From Parcubacteria group bacterium Gr01-1014_8 (GTDB lineage: Bacteria; Patescibacteriota; Minisyncoccia; Phycocordibacterales; UBA2100): a DNA stretch of 64,000 bases. The stretch is taken from assembly GCA_007376385.1 (NCBI GenBank), contig VMGC01000001.1:256001-320000 (forward strand), in the 5' to 3' direction. Numbering within the stretch: the stretch's first letter is position 1; each line of letters begins with the position of its first letter. The translations under genes were made by a program, and so were the position numbers. Below are positions 19,192-28,803 of this stretch, in pieces. The notes under the pieces were generated by a model, which was given only the letters and a program-made list of their open reading frames with translations, was not told the DNA's origin and made no database searches.

Positions 19192-20820
19192 ATGCACGTC
19201 GATCAGAATAATCCGGACCGTCGTGTCACCTATTTTGCGTCCACCCATACGCGCGGCCAGCGCGAGCTTTTTGGCATTCGTGGGGAGGATCGAGGCAAGC
19301 ATATATACCTCATTGGAAAGACCGGTATGGGCAAGTCGACCCTGATGGAGAATATGGCAATTCAGGACATACAGAATGGCGAGGGCATCTGTTTTATCGA
19401 CCCGCACGGAGCAACAGCAGAAAAACTTCTCGACTTTGTACCCTACGAGCGCATCAAGGATGTCGTGTATTTTGCGCCATTTGATACCGATTACCCGTTC
19501 GGCTTTAACGTGATGGAGGACGTAGGGTATGACAAACGCCATCTTGTCGTTTCAGGACTCATCGGTGCGTTCAAGCGTATCTGGGTAGATATGTGGAGTG
19601 CTCGGATGGAATACATCCTCCAGAATACTCTCCTTGCACTTCTTGAATACCCCGACGCAACGCTCCTCGACGTGAATCGGATGCTCTCGAACAAAGAATT
19701 TCGGAAAGCGGTGATCGAGAAGATCTCGGACCCTATCGTCAAAACATTCTGGAAAGAAGAATTTGCGACCTACACCGACCGTTATACGCAAGAGGCGACG
19801 CCCGCGATACAAAACAAGGTCGGTCAATTCACTGCGAACCCGTTGGTGCGCAATATTGTGGGACAGCCAAAATCATCATTTGACCTGCGAAAGATGATGG
19901 ATGAGAAAAAGATATTCATTATCAACCTCTCGAAAGGAAGAATGGGCGAGTCGAACGCGTCGCTTCTGGGCAGCATGCTTACGGTAAAGATCTATCTCGC
20001 TGCCATGTCGCGCGCAGACGAACCCGCCTCGCGTCTCGCACAATTGCCGCGCGTCTATTTCTATGTTGATGAGTTCCAATCGATGATGAATGAGGCTTTT
20101 GCCGACATCCTTTCCGAGTCGCGAAAATATAAACTTGCGCTCACTCTCGCGAACCAATACATCGAACAGATGGAAGAAAATGTGCGTAACGCGGTTTTTG
20201 GCAACGTGGGAACGTTGATAGCGTTCCGTGTCGGCCCGTTTGACGCGGAAGTGTTAAAGACGATTTTCGAGCCGACATTCACGCCAGAGGATCTTGTGGG
20301 ATTAGGCGTTGGCCACATCTATTTGACGCTCATGATAGATGGAGTCGGTTCACAGCCTTTTTCTGCGGAGACGATACCTCCCATAGACTTGCCTTCTGTC
20401 TCGTATCGGCAAGATGTCGTGCATTATTCGCGGGCAACATACGGGCGTCCTCGGGCGGAAATGGAGACGCTTGTATTGAAGCGGCAGGAGGATTTTGCGC
20501 CGCTTTCCAAACAGGACAGGAAGAAGGCGCAAGCGGCAAAAAGGCCGGATGAGGCGGAGATGCCACATAGAGAGGAGGGTTCGAGTGCGGATCGCGCCGC
20601 CTTGCGTGCGGCATTAAGTGCGGCCAAGACAGAGGCGCCGAACATGAATGGCAAGACGCCAATTGAGATCCTTCGCGCACGCAAGGCGGCGAAGGAAGCG
20701 CGCTCATCGCACGGCGCTGATGCACAATCGCCTCCAAAGGCGGCGCAGCAGGAACAGCGAGAAGGAGAAATATCACCGGAAGTGCTGCAAAGGATCCTTC
20801 GCGGCAACGATCCAGTATGA
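19192..20820 (+). CDS. Soluble TraD/VirD4/HerA-like P-loop ATPase (type IV secretion DNA-binding-domain family)
   Basis: Walker A LIGKTGMGKST, FIDPHGA, Walker B VYFYVDEFQ, sensor TLANQ; no TM helices; Lys/Ala-rich disordered C-terminus; 542 aa. Confidence 0.75.
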   Translation: MHVDQNNPDRRVTYFASTHTRGQRELFGIRGEDRGKHIYLIGKTGMGKSTLMENMAIQDIQNGEGICFIDPHGATAEKLLDFVPYERIKDVVYFAPFDTDYPFGFNVMEDVGYDKRHLVVSGLIGAFKRIWVDMWSARMEYILQNTLLALLEYPDATLLDVNRMLSNKEFRKAVIEKISDPIVKTFWKEEFATYTDRYTQEATPAIQNKVGQFTANPLVRNIVGQPKSSFDLRKMMDEKKIFIINLSKGRMGESNASLLGSMLTVKIYLAAMSRADEPASRLAQLPRVYFYVDEFQSMMNEAFADILSESRKYKLALTLANQYIEQMEENVRNAVFGNVGTLIAFRVGPFDAEVLKTIFEPTFTPEDLVGLGVGHIYLTLMIDGVGSQPFSAETIPPIDLPSVSYRQDVVHYSRATYGRPRAEMETLVLKRQEDFAPLSKQDRKKAQAAKRPDEAEMPHREEGSSADRAALRAALSAAKTEAPNMNGKTPIEILRARKAAKEARSSHGADAQSPPKAAQQEQREGEISPEVLQRILRGNDPV

Positions 20821-21764
20821 TTCCGCAGAGAACTCTGTTGTTATCAATAGCAGCGTTGTTTGTTCCGGGTGCTGTGTCCGCGCAAGTCGTCATTACCGAA
20901 TTGATGTACGACCTTTCTGAGGGCTCTGATACAGGGCGCGAATGGATAGAAGTATGGAATAGCGGAACAGAGCCCATAGAGCTTACAAACTGGAAGTTGT
21001 TAGAAGCGAATACGAACCATGGCATAAACGCAGTAGGAACTGAAACGCTGGCCCCCGGCGAGTATGCAGTTATCGCTGACAATCCGGCAAAATTTAAAAA
21101 CGATTGGCCTTCTTTTTCGGGAATATTATTTGATTCTTCTTTTTCTCTGAATAATGCCGGTGAACAGTTGATTCTGCGTTGCTGTGGAAAAGAGCTAAGC
21201 GATAAGGATTCGGTGACGTATTCGAGCGAGTGGGGAGGTGCGGGAGACGGCGCGTCGCTCGCGAAAAGCGGTTCATCGTTCATTGCGGCGCAGCCTTCGC
21301 CGGGCTCGGGCTCAGTTGTTGCATTTGCTGTTCCTGAACCTGAATTGCGGTCAGAACCGCCACCTCAACAAAAAGCAGTACAGCAAGAAATTGCAAAGAA
21401 ATCGGAACCGGACAATAAAGAGAGTCCCGCACAAGATCCGAGCGCGGATGTTGCTTCGCAAGTTACAACAGCTCCATCTGTGCAAAAACAAGATGAGGCT
21501 CCAAAAAAGATAGCAAAGAAAACCACCCCTTCTGCTCAAAAAGACCCCGTGCAGAATTCTGAAGAGGAGGTCATTGTTGAGGCCACCGATACAAAGGGCG
21601 TAATAAGCGATAGCAATCAGGCCGCTGCGGTAGCGAGCACGGAAACGAATAACGTGATGTGGTGGGGAGGAGCAGTCACGCTTACAGCCCTCGGGGCAGG
21701 GGCAGTAGTCTTTCTACAGCGAAGCAGAAAAAAGGAATGGGATATTGTTGAGGAAAAAGAGTAG
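20817..21764 (+). CDS. Secreted lamin-tail-domain (LTD) protein with C-terminal transmembrane anchor
   Basis: Signal peptide MIPQRTLLLSIAALFVPGAVSA, LTD signature VVITELMYDLSEGSDTGREWIEVWNSGTEPIELTNWKL, long acidic/Pro-rich low-complexity region, C-terminal TM WWGGAVTLTALGAGAVVFL then RSRKKE; ATGA overlap with the upstream ATPase gene. Confidence 0.75.
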   Translation: MIPQRTLLLSIAALFVPGAVSAQVVITELMYDLSEGSDTGREWIEVWNSGTEPIELTNWKLLEANTNHGINAVGTETLAPGEYAVIADNPAKFKNDWPSFSGILFDSSFSLNNAGEQLILRCCGKELSDKDSVTYSSEWGGAGDGASLAKSGSSFIAAQPSPGSGSVVAFAVPEPELRSEPPPQQKAVQQEIAKKSEPDNKESPAQDPSADVASQVTTAPSVQKQDEAPKKIAKKTTPSAQKDPVQNSEEEVIVEATDTKGVISDSNQAAAVASTETNNVMWWGGAVTLTALGAGAVVFLQRSRKKEWDIVEEKE

Positions 21765-21908
21765 TGTATGCGAAACTCTTTTTTGGCGCAGGTGTTTTGC
21801 CGTCGCTATCTGGCACTGTTGTGCCAGCGCTCAGGCTCGTCCTCGTCAGGCCTGCGCAAACGGCAAAATACCTACGCCTTCGACGAGTTTTGCGGTGTGG
21901 TGTAAGGT

Positions 21909-22784
21909 ATGGAAATGCGAAATACAGAGAGGAAAACGATCCTCGTTACGGGAGGCGCGGGATTTGTCGGCTCGCATTTGTGCCGTAGGCTTGTGAGAGA
22001 TGGTCACAAAGTCATTTCGCTCGACAACTACTTCACTGGCTCGAAAGAAAATCATGTCGAGGGCGTTGAGTATCGAGAAGGACACACGAAGGATATCGAG
22101 GAGCACGTTACAGAAACACCCGACCTCATCTATCATCTCGGCGAATATTCCCGTGTTGAGATAAGTTTGAATGAGCCTGCGCTCGTGTGGGATCTGAACA
22201 AAGCCGGCACCTTCGGCGTTCTTGAGTTTTGGCGCAAGAAAGGCTGCAAGCTGGTGTATGCAGGCTCGTCGACGAAATTCGGCGACGGCGGGATGGGTCG
22301 CGACCAAAGTCCGTATGCATGGACGAAGGCGTCGAATACTGAACTTACAAGAAACTACGGTGCTTGGTACAAGCTGCCGTATGCCATCACATATTTCTAC
22401 AATGTGTATGGCCCCGGAGAGAGGGCGGGGGCGTATGGAACTCTTATCGAGATATTCAGACAAAAATTCTTGAAGAAAGAACCATTGACCGTGGTTGCAC
22501 CGGGAACGCAAAAAAGGAACTTCACGTATATCGACGATATTATCGAGGGATTAGTCCTGGTCGGCGAAAAAGGAGAAGGAGATGATTTTGGGCTTGGCGA
22601 TGTGCGGGAATATTCGGTGCTTGAGATCGCAAAGATGTTCGGCGGCCCTGTCGAAATGCTCCCGACCAGGGCCGGGAATCGCATGAGCTCTTCTGTTGAT
22701 ACGTCAAAAGCATCAGCCATCGGATGGAGCGTCAAGCACAGCGTCGAGGACTACATCAAGAACATTATCTCTGCGGGAACATGA
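21909..22784 (+). CDS. UDP-glucuronate decarboxylase-like NAD-dependent epimerase/dehydratase (UXS family)
   Basis: KTILVTGGAGFVGSHLCRRLVRDGHKVISLDNYFTGSKENH; catalytic YxxxK in an SDR extended fold. Confidence 0.8.
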   Translation: MEMRNTERKTILVTGGAGFVGSHLCRRLVRDGHKVISLDNYFTGSKENHVEGVEYREGHTKDIEEHVTETPDLIYHLGEYSRVEISLNEPALVWDLNKAGTFGVLEFWRKKGCKLVYAGSSTKFGDGGMGRDQSPYAWTKASNTELTRNYGAWYKLPYAITYFYNVYGPGERAGAYGTLIEIFRQKFLKKEPLTVVAPGTQKRNFTYIDDIIEGLVLVGEKGEGDDFGLGDVREYSVLEIAKMFGGPVEMLPTRAGNRMSSSVDTSKASAIGWSVKHSVEDYIKNIISAGT

Positions 22785-22825
22785 ACCCCGTGAGATAAAC
22801 TATTTGACCGTGAAGAAACGCTGAT

Positions 22826-24094
22826 ATGGAGAAAGAAAATGAAGCTCATTCCTCTGAATCGAAGGGTATATCTCATGGGGTGAAGCGCGTTTTAATTTTC
22901 TCCCTAGGATATTTTCCGAATGCCGTCGGGGGCGCAGAAGTCGCTATCAAAGAGATAACGCAGCGCATTCCAGATATCGAGTTCCACATGGTGACGAATC
23001 GCTACGATTCGACACTGCCGAAGGTAGAGAAAATCGGCAGCATACTCGTACACCGCATCGGCATCAGTTCGAAGAGGCCTTCGATAGCTGATCTGCGCCG
23101 GTGGCCGCTGCACCTCAACAAATTTTTGTATCAATTTCTTGCAGCGTGGAAAGCGATCAAGCTCCATCGAACATATAAGTACGATGCACTGTGGGCGATG
23201 ATGGCGCATTCATGCGGCGTGCCAGCCGCGATATTCAAAATGAGGAATATGGATGTGCCCTACGTGCTAACGCTCCAAGAAGGTGATCCGCCTGCCTATA
23301 TTGAGAGAAAGATGTGGCTTCTGTGGCCCTTCTTCAAACGAGCGTTTACCTCGGCCGATATCGTTCAGGCGATCTCGACGTTTCTTGGAAAATGGGCGAC
23401 GCACCGCGGCTTCAAAGGACCCTTGGAAATAATTCCAAATGCAGTTGATATTCAGCATTTTTCCGAAGAACCGCCGCTGTATTTGGTGAATGAAATAAAA
23501 GATGGACTCAGTAAGAGAATGGGGGACGTATTTGTGATAACAACGTCGCGTTTGGTACATAAGAATGCCGTGGACGATGTCATTCGAGCGCTTCCGAAAC
23601 TCCAAGAGAATGTGAAGTTCATTATTCTCGGCGTCGGACCGGACGAAGCTAAACTAAAAAAACTGGCGAAAGATCTGAATGTCGCGAAGCGGGTTCAATT
23701 TGTGGGGCAAGTGAGCCATGCCGATTTGCCTAAATATTTGAAGGCGTGCGATATTTTTATCCGTCCGTCGCGCTCTGAAGGCATGGGCAACTCCTTTGTT
23801 GAAGCGATGGCGGTGGGGCTACCGGTCGTCGCAACACAAGAAGGCGGCATTGCCGATTTTCTATTCGACGAGCGTAGGGATCCCGATAAGCCAGTGACGG
23901 GGTGGGCAGTGGACAAGGATTCGCCGGAACAAATAGTGCTTACGATAAAGGAGATCATCTCGCGGCCGGAAAAAGTGCGCGCGGTAGTCGCGACGGCGCG
24001 GGAGACGGTGAAAGAGAAGTATGATTGGGATATTATCGCGGGCGATATGTGGGAGAAAGTGTTTGCGAGATTGTTTGAAGTTCGCTCGAAATGA
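22826..24094 (+). CDS. Glycosyltransferase family 4 (GT-B, group 1)
   Basis: C-terminal RPSRSEGMGNSFVEAMAVGLPVVATQEGGIADF GT4 motif. Confidence 0.8.
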   Translation: MEKENEAHSSESKGISHGVKRVLIFSLGYFPNAVGGAEVAIKEITQRIPDIEFHMVTNRYDSTLPKVEKIGSILVHRIGISSKRPSIADLRRWPLHLNKFLYQFLAAWKAIKLHRTYKYDALWAMMAHSCGVPAAIFKMRNMDVPYVLTLQEGDPPAYIERKMWLLWPFFKRAFTSADIVQAISTFLGKWATHRGFKGPLEIIPNAVDIQHFSEEPPLYLVNEIKDGLSKRMGDVFVITTSRLVHKNAVDDVIRALPKLQENVKFIILGVGPDEAKLKKLAKDLNVAKRVQFVGQVSHADLPKYLKACDIFIRPSRSEGMGNSFVEAMAVGLPVVATQEGGIADFLFDERRDPDKPVTGWAVDKDSPEQIVLTIKEIISRPEKVRAVVATARETVKEKYDWDIIAGDMWEKVFARLFEVRSK

Positions 24095-24130
24095 AGAGAG
24101 CCGCACTGCTGCAGCTCCCTTCTCCTGTGG

Positions 24131-24301
24131 TTACCTAAGCCACAGGAGGATTAGAAGAATCGAGAGCGCCGTCATTCCCTGCACGGTCATCAAGTACGTA
24201 AGTGCGACAATTGCCCAGAGGCGAGCCTGGTGTAGCCCGAACCGGGCAAAGAACTTCGCTATAACGTACCAGATGCATACCTTGAGAACAATTCTGCCCA
24301 T
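24131..24301 (-). CDS. Small hydrophobic protein (56 aa, 2 TM), hypothetical
   Basis: Met at MGRIVLKVCIWYVIAKFF… preceded on the minus strand by a strong SD AGAGGAGGAG; lies in the gap between two plus-strand GT4 genes. Confidence 0.4.
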   Translation of the reverse strand: MGRIVLKVCIWYVIAKFFARFGLHQARLWAIVALTYLMTVQGMTALSILLILLWLR

Positions 24302-24363
24302 GGTCTCCTCCTCTACCCGCGAGGAATATAGCGCCATTTATAGCAGTGCGCTAGAGTATTCAA

Positions 24364-25503
24364 ATGCGCATTCTTATCGCGACAGGAATTTTTGAACCTG
24401 AAGCGGGCGGGCCAGCGACATACACGCCCAAAATAGCGGCAAAACTGGTCCAAGCGGGCAATGAAGTTACAGTTATTACTTATTCTGATAAGAAAAAACA
24501 CGATCTTGACTCAAGATATCCCTTTCGGTTGATACGAGTCGTTCGAGGAAAATACAAGCTCGCGAATTATTATTCTTTCTTTCGAGCAGTCTCGCCGGAA
24601 TTGGTTGGAGTAGATGTCACGTATAGCCTGGATTGGATAGCTGCGGGCCTCCCTCTCACTCTTGCAGCGATGATAAAGAATATCCCTGTCGTCATCCGCG
24701 TGGGCGGGGATTACATTTGGGAAAAATATCTGCAGTCCGGCGGGTCTCCGATGCCTCTTGCCGAGTTCAATGAACGCGGCCTGTATAAACATCAAAGAAT
24801 ACTTTTTTGGATAATTATCGTCGTATTGAGGCGCGCGTTCGTCGTGTTCAACAGCGATGCGGAGCGGGATATGTACCGCCGCTTGTATGGTCTACGAGAG
24901 GAGAGGACCGGCGTCATACACAATCCTATGCCGGAGAAGGGTTGGCTAGGAGTTGTGCGTGAGAAACCGAACAATGAACTGGTGTTTGCGGGGCGATTCA
25001 TAGCGATGAAAAACATCACGTCGCTCCTTGCGGCATATGCGACGGCGCGCACTCCATTTCGTCTTGTGCTGATGGGAGAAGGTCCGGAAGAACAGAGGAT
25101 ACGAGGGGCTATCAAAGCGCTAAAGCTCGAAGAAAAGGTATCTATATATCCGCCCATGAGGCAGCAAGAACTTTTTGAAAGGATAAAGAATTCTCGTGCG
25201 CTTGTGTTGCCGAGCTGGACTGATATTGCCCCGAACCAAGTCAGTGAAGCCATCGCGCTCGGCATTCCGATCCTTGTTACCAAAGAGAATTTTCTCGTCT
25301 TTAGAGACCAATTGCCAGACATGCTCGACCCGGCATCCGTCGAAGACATCCGCCAAAAACTGGAAATGCTTGCTGACGAGATGAGGTACCAGAGTTTTGC
25401 CGAGAAGTGCCGTCGCATTGAATTTAAGAATAGTTGGGACGATGTCGTTACGAAGCATCTTGGTGTTTTTGGGCACGTACTTTCGAAGGGCACGCGTCAT
25501 TGA
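24364..25503 (+). CDS. Glycosyltransferase family 4
   Basis: MRILIATGIFEPEAGGPATY N-terminus and GT-B C-terminal domain. Confidence 0.8.
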   Translation: MRILIATGIFEPEAGGPATYTPKIAAKLVQAGNEVTVITYSDKKKHDLDSRYPFRLIRVVRGKYKLANYYSFFRAVSPELVGVDVTYSLDWIAAGLPLTLAAMIKNIPVVIRVGGDYIWEKYLQSGGSPMPLAEFNERGLYKHQRILFWIIIVVLRRAFVVFNSDAERDMYRRLYGLREERTGVIHNPMPEKGWLGVVREKPNNELVFAGRFIAMKNITSLLAAYATARTPFRLVLMGEGPEEQRIRGAIKALKLEEKVSIYPPMRQQELFERIKNSRALVLPSWTDIAPNQVSEAIALGIPILVTKENFLVFRDQLPDMLDPASVEDIRQKLEMLADEMRYQSFAEKCRRIEFKNSWDDVVTKHLGVFGHVLSKGTRH

Positions 25504-25542
25504 AAAACGGCTCAAAAACACGTAGAGTGAGCCAAACGCACT

Positions 25543-27513
25543 ATGCGCATCTTAAGTATTTCCAGTGATTGGAACGTCTTTAGTGAAGACAGTGCCGTCG
25601 CGAGACGCCAGCGTCTGCAGGCTTCAACCGTAGAGCGGTTCGATGTGTTCATGCCGCATGGGCCCGACGAGACCATTCATATCGCAGGAAACGGGACCAT
25701 GCGCGGGTTTGGTCCCGGCAAATTGCGAGGCATGTTTCGCATGTTATGGTCCGCATTCAGGATGCAAAGACCGGATATCGTTTCTTCACAAGACCCATTC
25801 TTTCTAGGACTTCTTGCCTGGAAGATCGCAAAAGTGCGGGGAGCAAAACTGCATATACAGATACACACCGATCTTTTTGACCCGCATTTTGCAGCGCATT
25901 CTTTCACCAATCGAATTCGATTGCTGCTCGCGCGTTTCGTTCTCTCGCAAGCAGATTGCGTTCGCGTCGTGTCGGAGCGCATTAAGCGCTCATTGGATAA
26001 ATTGCATCTTCGTGTCCCGGTTTCTGTTCTTCCGGTTTTTATTGATGCGGAGGTCATTGACGCGGCGCAACCTTTGCAGAAACGCAGCGTATATCCCGAT
26101 TTCGAGAAAATAATTCTAGTCGTCAGCAGACTCGAGCCGGAAAAGAATGTTACTGCCGCCCTTCGCGCTCTGCCGGACATATTGAAAGCGCAGCCGGGCA
26201 CCGGGCTCGTCATCGTCGGCGATGGCTCTTTGCGCGAGCAGCTCGAACGTCTTGCGAAAGAGCTCGGCATTGAGAAACGCGTTGCTTTTGCAGGCTCTAC
26301 AAAGCCATATCCATACTACAAAGCTTCAGATCTATTACTTTCGACCTCTGATTACGAAGGATATGGGATGGTGGTGGTAGAAGCGCTCTATGCAGGATGT
26401 CCTGTCATCTCGTTCGATACTGGCGTCGCTCGCGAAGCAGGTGCCATAATCGTGACTCCAGAGGTTCTTGCGAGCACTGCGGCTGCCACGTTATCAGAAG
26501 GCCGCCGTGGGAAACTCGCTTTTACTTTGCCGAGCGAACAGGAATATCGTGACCTATGGCACTCACAGATCGCGCTTACGCTGGCACTGAAGAGTTCTGC
26601 CTCCGCGCCAAAAGCGGCATCGAGAAAGGCGTTGAAAATAGGTTTTATCGGGCAAGGCTTCATCGGCAAGAATTACGCGGATGACCTCGAGCGACGCGGT
26701 ATCTCGGTCACACGGTATGCTCTCGAAGAACCGTATCGGCAAAATAAAGACAAGATAAAAGATCGCAACATCGTTTTCATTGCCGTTCCAACACCGACCA
26801 CACCGAAAGGGTTCGACTATTCGATTGTGCGAGAGGCTGTCGGTCTTGTCGGGAAGGGAAGTGTTGCCGTCATCAAATCCACGCTTGCCCCGGGCACGAC
26901 AGAAAAGATACAGAAAGAATTCCCGGGCGTCATCGTGATGCACTCTCCCGAATTTCTGCGGGAAGCAACGGCGGCGTTTGATGCTGCGAGACCGGATAGG
27001 AATGTCATCGGGCTTGCCATCGATTCGCCCGAGAACAGAGAGCGTGCAAAGGACGTTCTTTCCATTCTGCCGTCTGCTCCGTTCGAGCTCATTTCAACGT
27101 CGAGAGAAGCGGAACTTATTAAGTACGCGGGGAATGCGTGGCTGTATATGAAAGTCGTATACGCGAATATGCTGTACGACCTTTCAGAGCGTTTGCATAT
27201 CAATTATCAAAGCGTGCGAGAGGGTCTTGCCGCGGACCCGCGCGTTGGAAGGTCGCACCTAGATCCGATCCACGCCAGCGGGCATCCTGGAGCTAATCCG
27301 GGTCGTGGGGCGGGAGGTCACTGTTTCATCAAAGATTTTGCCGCACTTCGCATGGAGTATGAGCAAGCTTTGCCGGATGATACTGCCGGAATCGCAGCCT
27401 TCCGTAAACTCGAGGAGAAAAATGTGCAGCTGCTTCTTGAGAGCGACAAAGACCTCGAACTCCTGCGCGGTGTATACGGAGATGAACTAGAGAATTTCCG
27501 AAGGAAGAAATAA
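25543..27513 (+). CDS. Fusion protein: N-terminal GT4 glycosyltransferase plus C-terminal NDP-sugar dehydrogenase (UDP-glucose/GDP-mannose dehydrogenase family)-like domain
   Basis: Residues ~1-340 are GT4-like (EGYGMVVVEALYAGCPVISF). From KIGFIGQGFIGKNYA the C-terminal part is UDPGDH-like: IVFIAVPTPT, VIKSTLAPGTT, MHSPEFLREATAAFD. Confidence 0.7.
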   Translation: MRILSISSDWNVFSEDSAVARRQRLQASTVERFDVFMPHGPDETIHIAGNGTMRGFGPGKLRGMFRMLWSAFRMQRPDIVSSQDPFFLGLLAWKIAKVRGAKLHIQIHTDLFDPHFAAHSFTNRIRLLLARFVLSQADCVRVVSERIKRSLDKLHLRVPVSVLPVFIDAEVIDAAQPLQKRSVYPDFEKIILVVSRLEPEKNVTAALRALPDILKAQPGTGLVIVGDGSLREQLERLAKELGIEKRVAFAGSTKPYPYYKASDLLLSTSDYEGYGMVVVEALYAGCPVISFDTGVAREAGAIIVTPEVLASTAAATLSEGRRGKLAFTLPSEQEYRDLWHSQIALTLALKSSASAPKAASRKALKIGFIGQGFIGKNYADDLERRGISVTRYALEEPYRQNKDKIKDRNIVFIAVPTPTTPKGFDYSIVREAVGLVGKGSVAVIKSTLAPGTTEKIQKEFPGVIVMHSPEFLREATAAFDAARPDRNVIGLAIDSPENRERAKDVLSILPSAPFELISTSREAELIKYAGNAWLYMKVVYANMLYDLSERLHINYQSVREGLAADPRVGRSHLDPIHASGHPGANPGRGAGGHCFIKDFAALRMEYEQALPDDTAGIAAFRKLEEKNVQLLLESDKDLELLRGVYGDELENFRRKK

Positions 27514-27517
27514 GTAC

Positions 27518-28669
27518 TTGCCCCGTGAGATAACTCACTCAGCGATGAATTCTAAATCTAGTATGAGTCATGATACGTCGAATGAGGAGGGAATGCGGAC
27601 CGGACTATCTCATGGGGTAAACCTACTCGTATGCGCGCAGACGGTAGATATTAAAGATCCGTTCAATGGCTTTTTTGTCGAATGGCTCCGAGAAATGTCG
27701 AGTCATTTTTCCAGCGTCCACGTCATCAGCCTCTCTGCCGGCGAATATTATCTTCCTTCAAATGTCCGAGTTCTCTCTCTTGGAAAGGAATCGGTGAGAG
27801 GTCCGCGCTTTGTCGTACGGTTCCGCTACATCTGGCTCTTACTTCAATACAGCTGGTCTCTGCGCCGTGAATACGATTCAGTGTTCGTGCATCAAAGTCA
27901 GGAGTTTATATTAAGCGCAGGATTTCTGTGGGCGCTTCTTCGAAAGCCTGTGTACCTGTGGCGCAATCACTATGCAGGAAATATCCTCACCGATATCGCC
28001 GCATACTTTTCGCGAAAGGTTTTCTATACCTCACATTTTTCCTATACCGCAAAATACAAGCATTCGGTTGCCATGCCTGTCGGTGTCGATGTTGAACAAT
28101 TCGCCCCAGGAGGGGATGTTGAGCGTAGAGCGCGTTCTATTCTTTTCCTTGGTCGCATCACACCTTCCAAGCGTCCGCATATGTTGCTTGAAGCGTTGTC
28201 GATAGTGCAGAAAAAGTCGATTTCTTTCAAAGCATCTCTCTACGGCTCATACCTTCCTTCCGATAGTACATATCGCGAGGAGCTTATTCAGAAAGTGAAT
28301 ACATCTGCTTTGAAAGACAGTGTCACATTTCATGAGGGGATACCGCACAAAGATGTGCCGCGTGTTTTCAATCAGTTCGAGCTGTACGTGAATCTTGCGC
28401 AAAGCGGGATGCTCGATAAGACGATATTTGAAGCCGCGGCATGCGGCGCGGTTCCGTTAACTGCGAGCAAGGACTATGCAGACATGGCAGGGGAACAATT
28501 TCTTTTTGAGAATGCAGAGGACCTCGCGAAGAAACTTGAACAATTCTTGGGAATGCCAGAAAACAAAAAAGACGAACTTCGTTCGCGCATTCGCGCTCTT
28601 GTCGTGCAAAAACACTCGCTCAAAGAATTGGGTCGTCTGCTCTCTGTTCAGATGGTTGCGTTGAATTGA
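27518..28669 (+). CDS. Glycosyltransferase family 4
   Basis: GT-B group 1 architecture; EAAACGAVPLTASKDYADMAG C-terminal motif. Confidence 0.75.
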   Translation: MPREITHSAMNSKSSMSHDTSNEEGMRTGLSHGVNLLVCAQTVDIKDPFNGFFVEWLREMSSHFSSVHVISLSAGEYYLPSNVRVLSLGKESVRGPRFVVRFRYIWLLLQYSWSLRREYDSVFVHQSQEFILSAGFLWALLRKPVYLWRNHYAGNILTDIAAYFSRKVFYTSHFSYTAKYKHSVAMPVGVDVEQFAPGGDVERRARSILFLGRITPSKRPHMLLEALSIVQKKSISFKASLYGSYLPSDSTYREELIQKVNTSALKDSVTFHEGIPHKDVPRVFNQFELYVNLAQSGMLDKTIFEAAACGAVPLTASKDYADMAGEQFLFENAEDLAKKLEQFLGMPENKKDELRSRIRALVVQKHSLKELGRLLSVQMVALN

Positions 28670-28803
28670 TTTTAGGCAGCTATTTGCCTACACTGACGAA
28701 GCATGTCATCTCTAGCGGAAAGAAACATAGTCGTAACCCCGATACCACAGCGCTTTGCGCTGGCTACGGGGCAGGCCGGCTCATTTCACGCCGTACTTTA
28801 AAT

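Noticed and set aside
20330-21283. 317-aa minus-strand ORF overlapping the LTD gene and the end of the ATPase gene
   Set aside because: Antisense shadow of the well-supported plus-strand LTD gene (signal peptide, LTD motif, TM anchor). Its translation is Pro/Ala/Ser-rich low complexity with no motifs.
24792-25493. 233-aa minus-strand ORF inside a GT4 gene (similar shadows at 25677..26270, 26563..27203, 38065..38863, 46201..46827, 49695..50339, 55975..56508, 39950..40498)
   Set aside because: All are antisense shadows of plus-strand genes with recognisable family motifs; none has motifs of its own.
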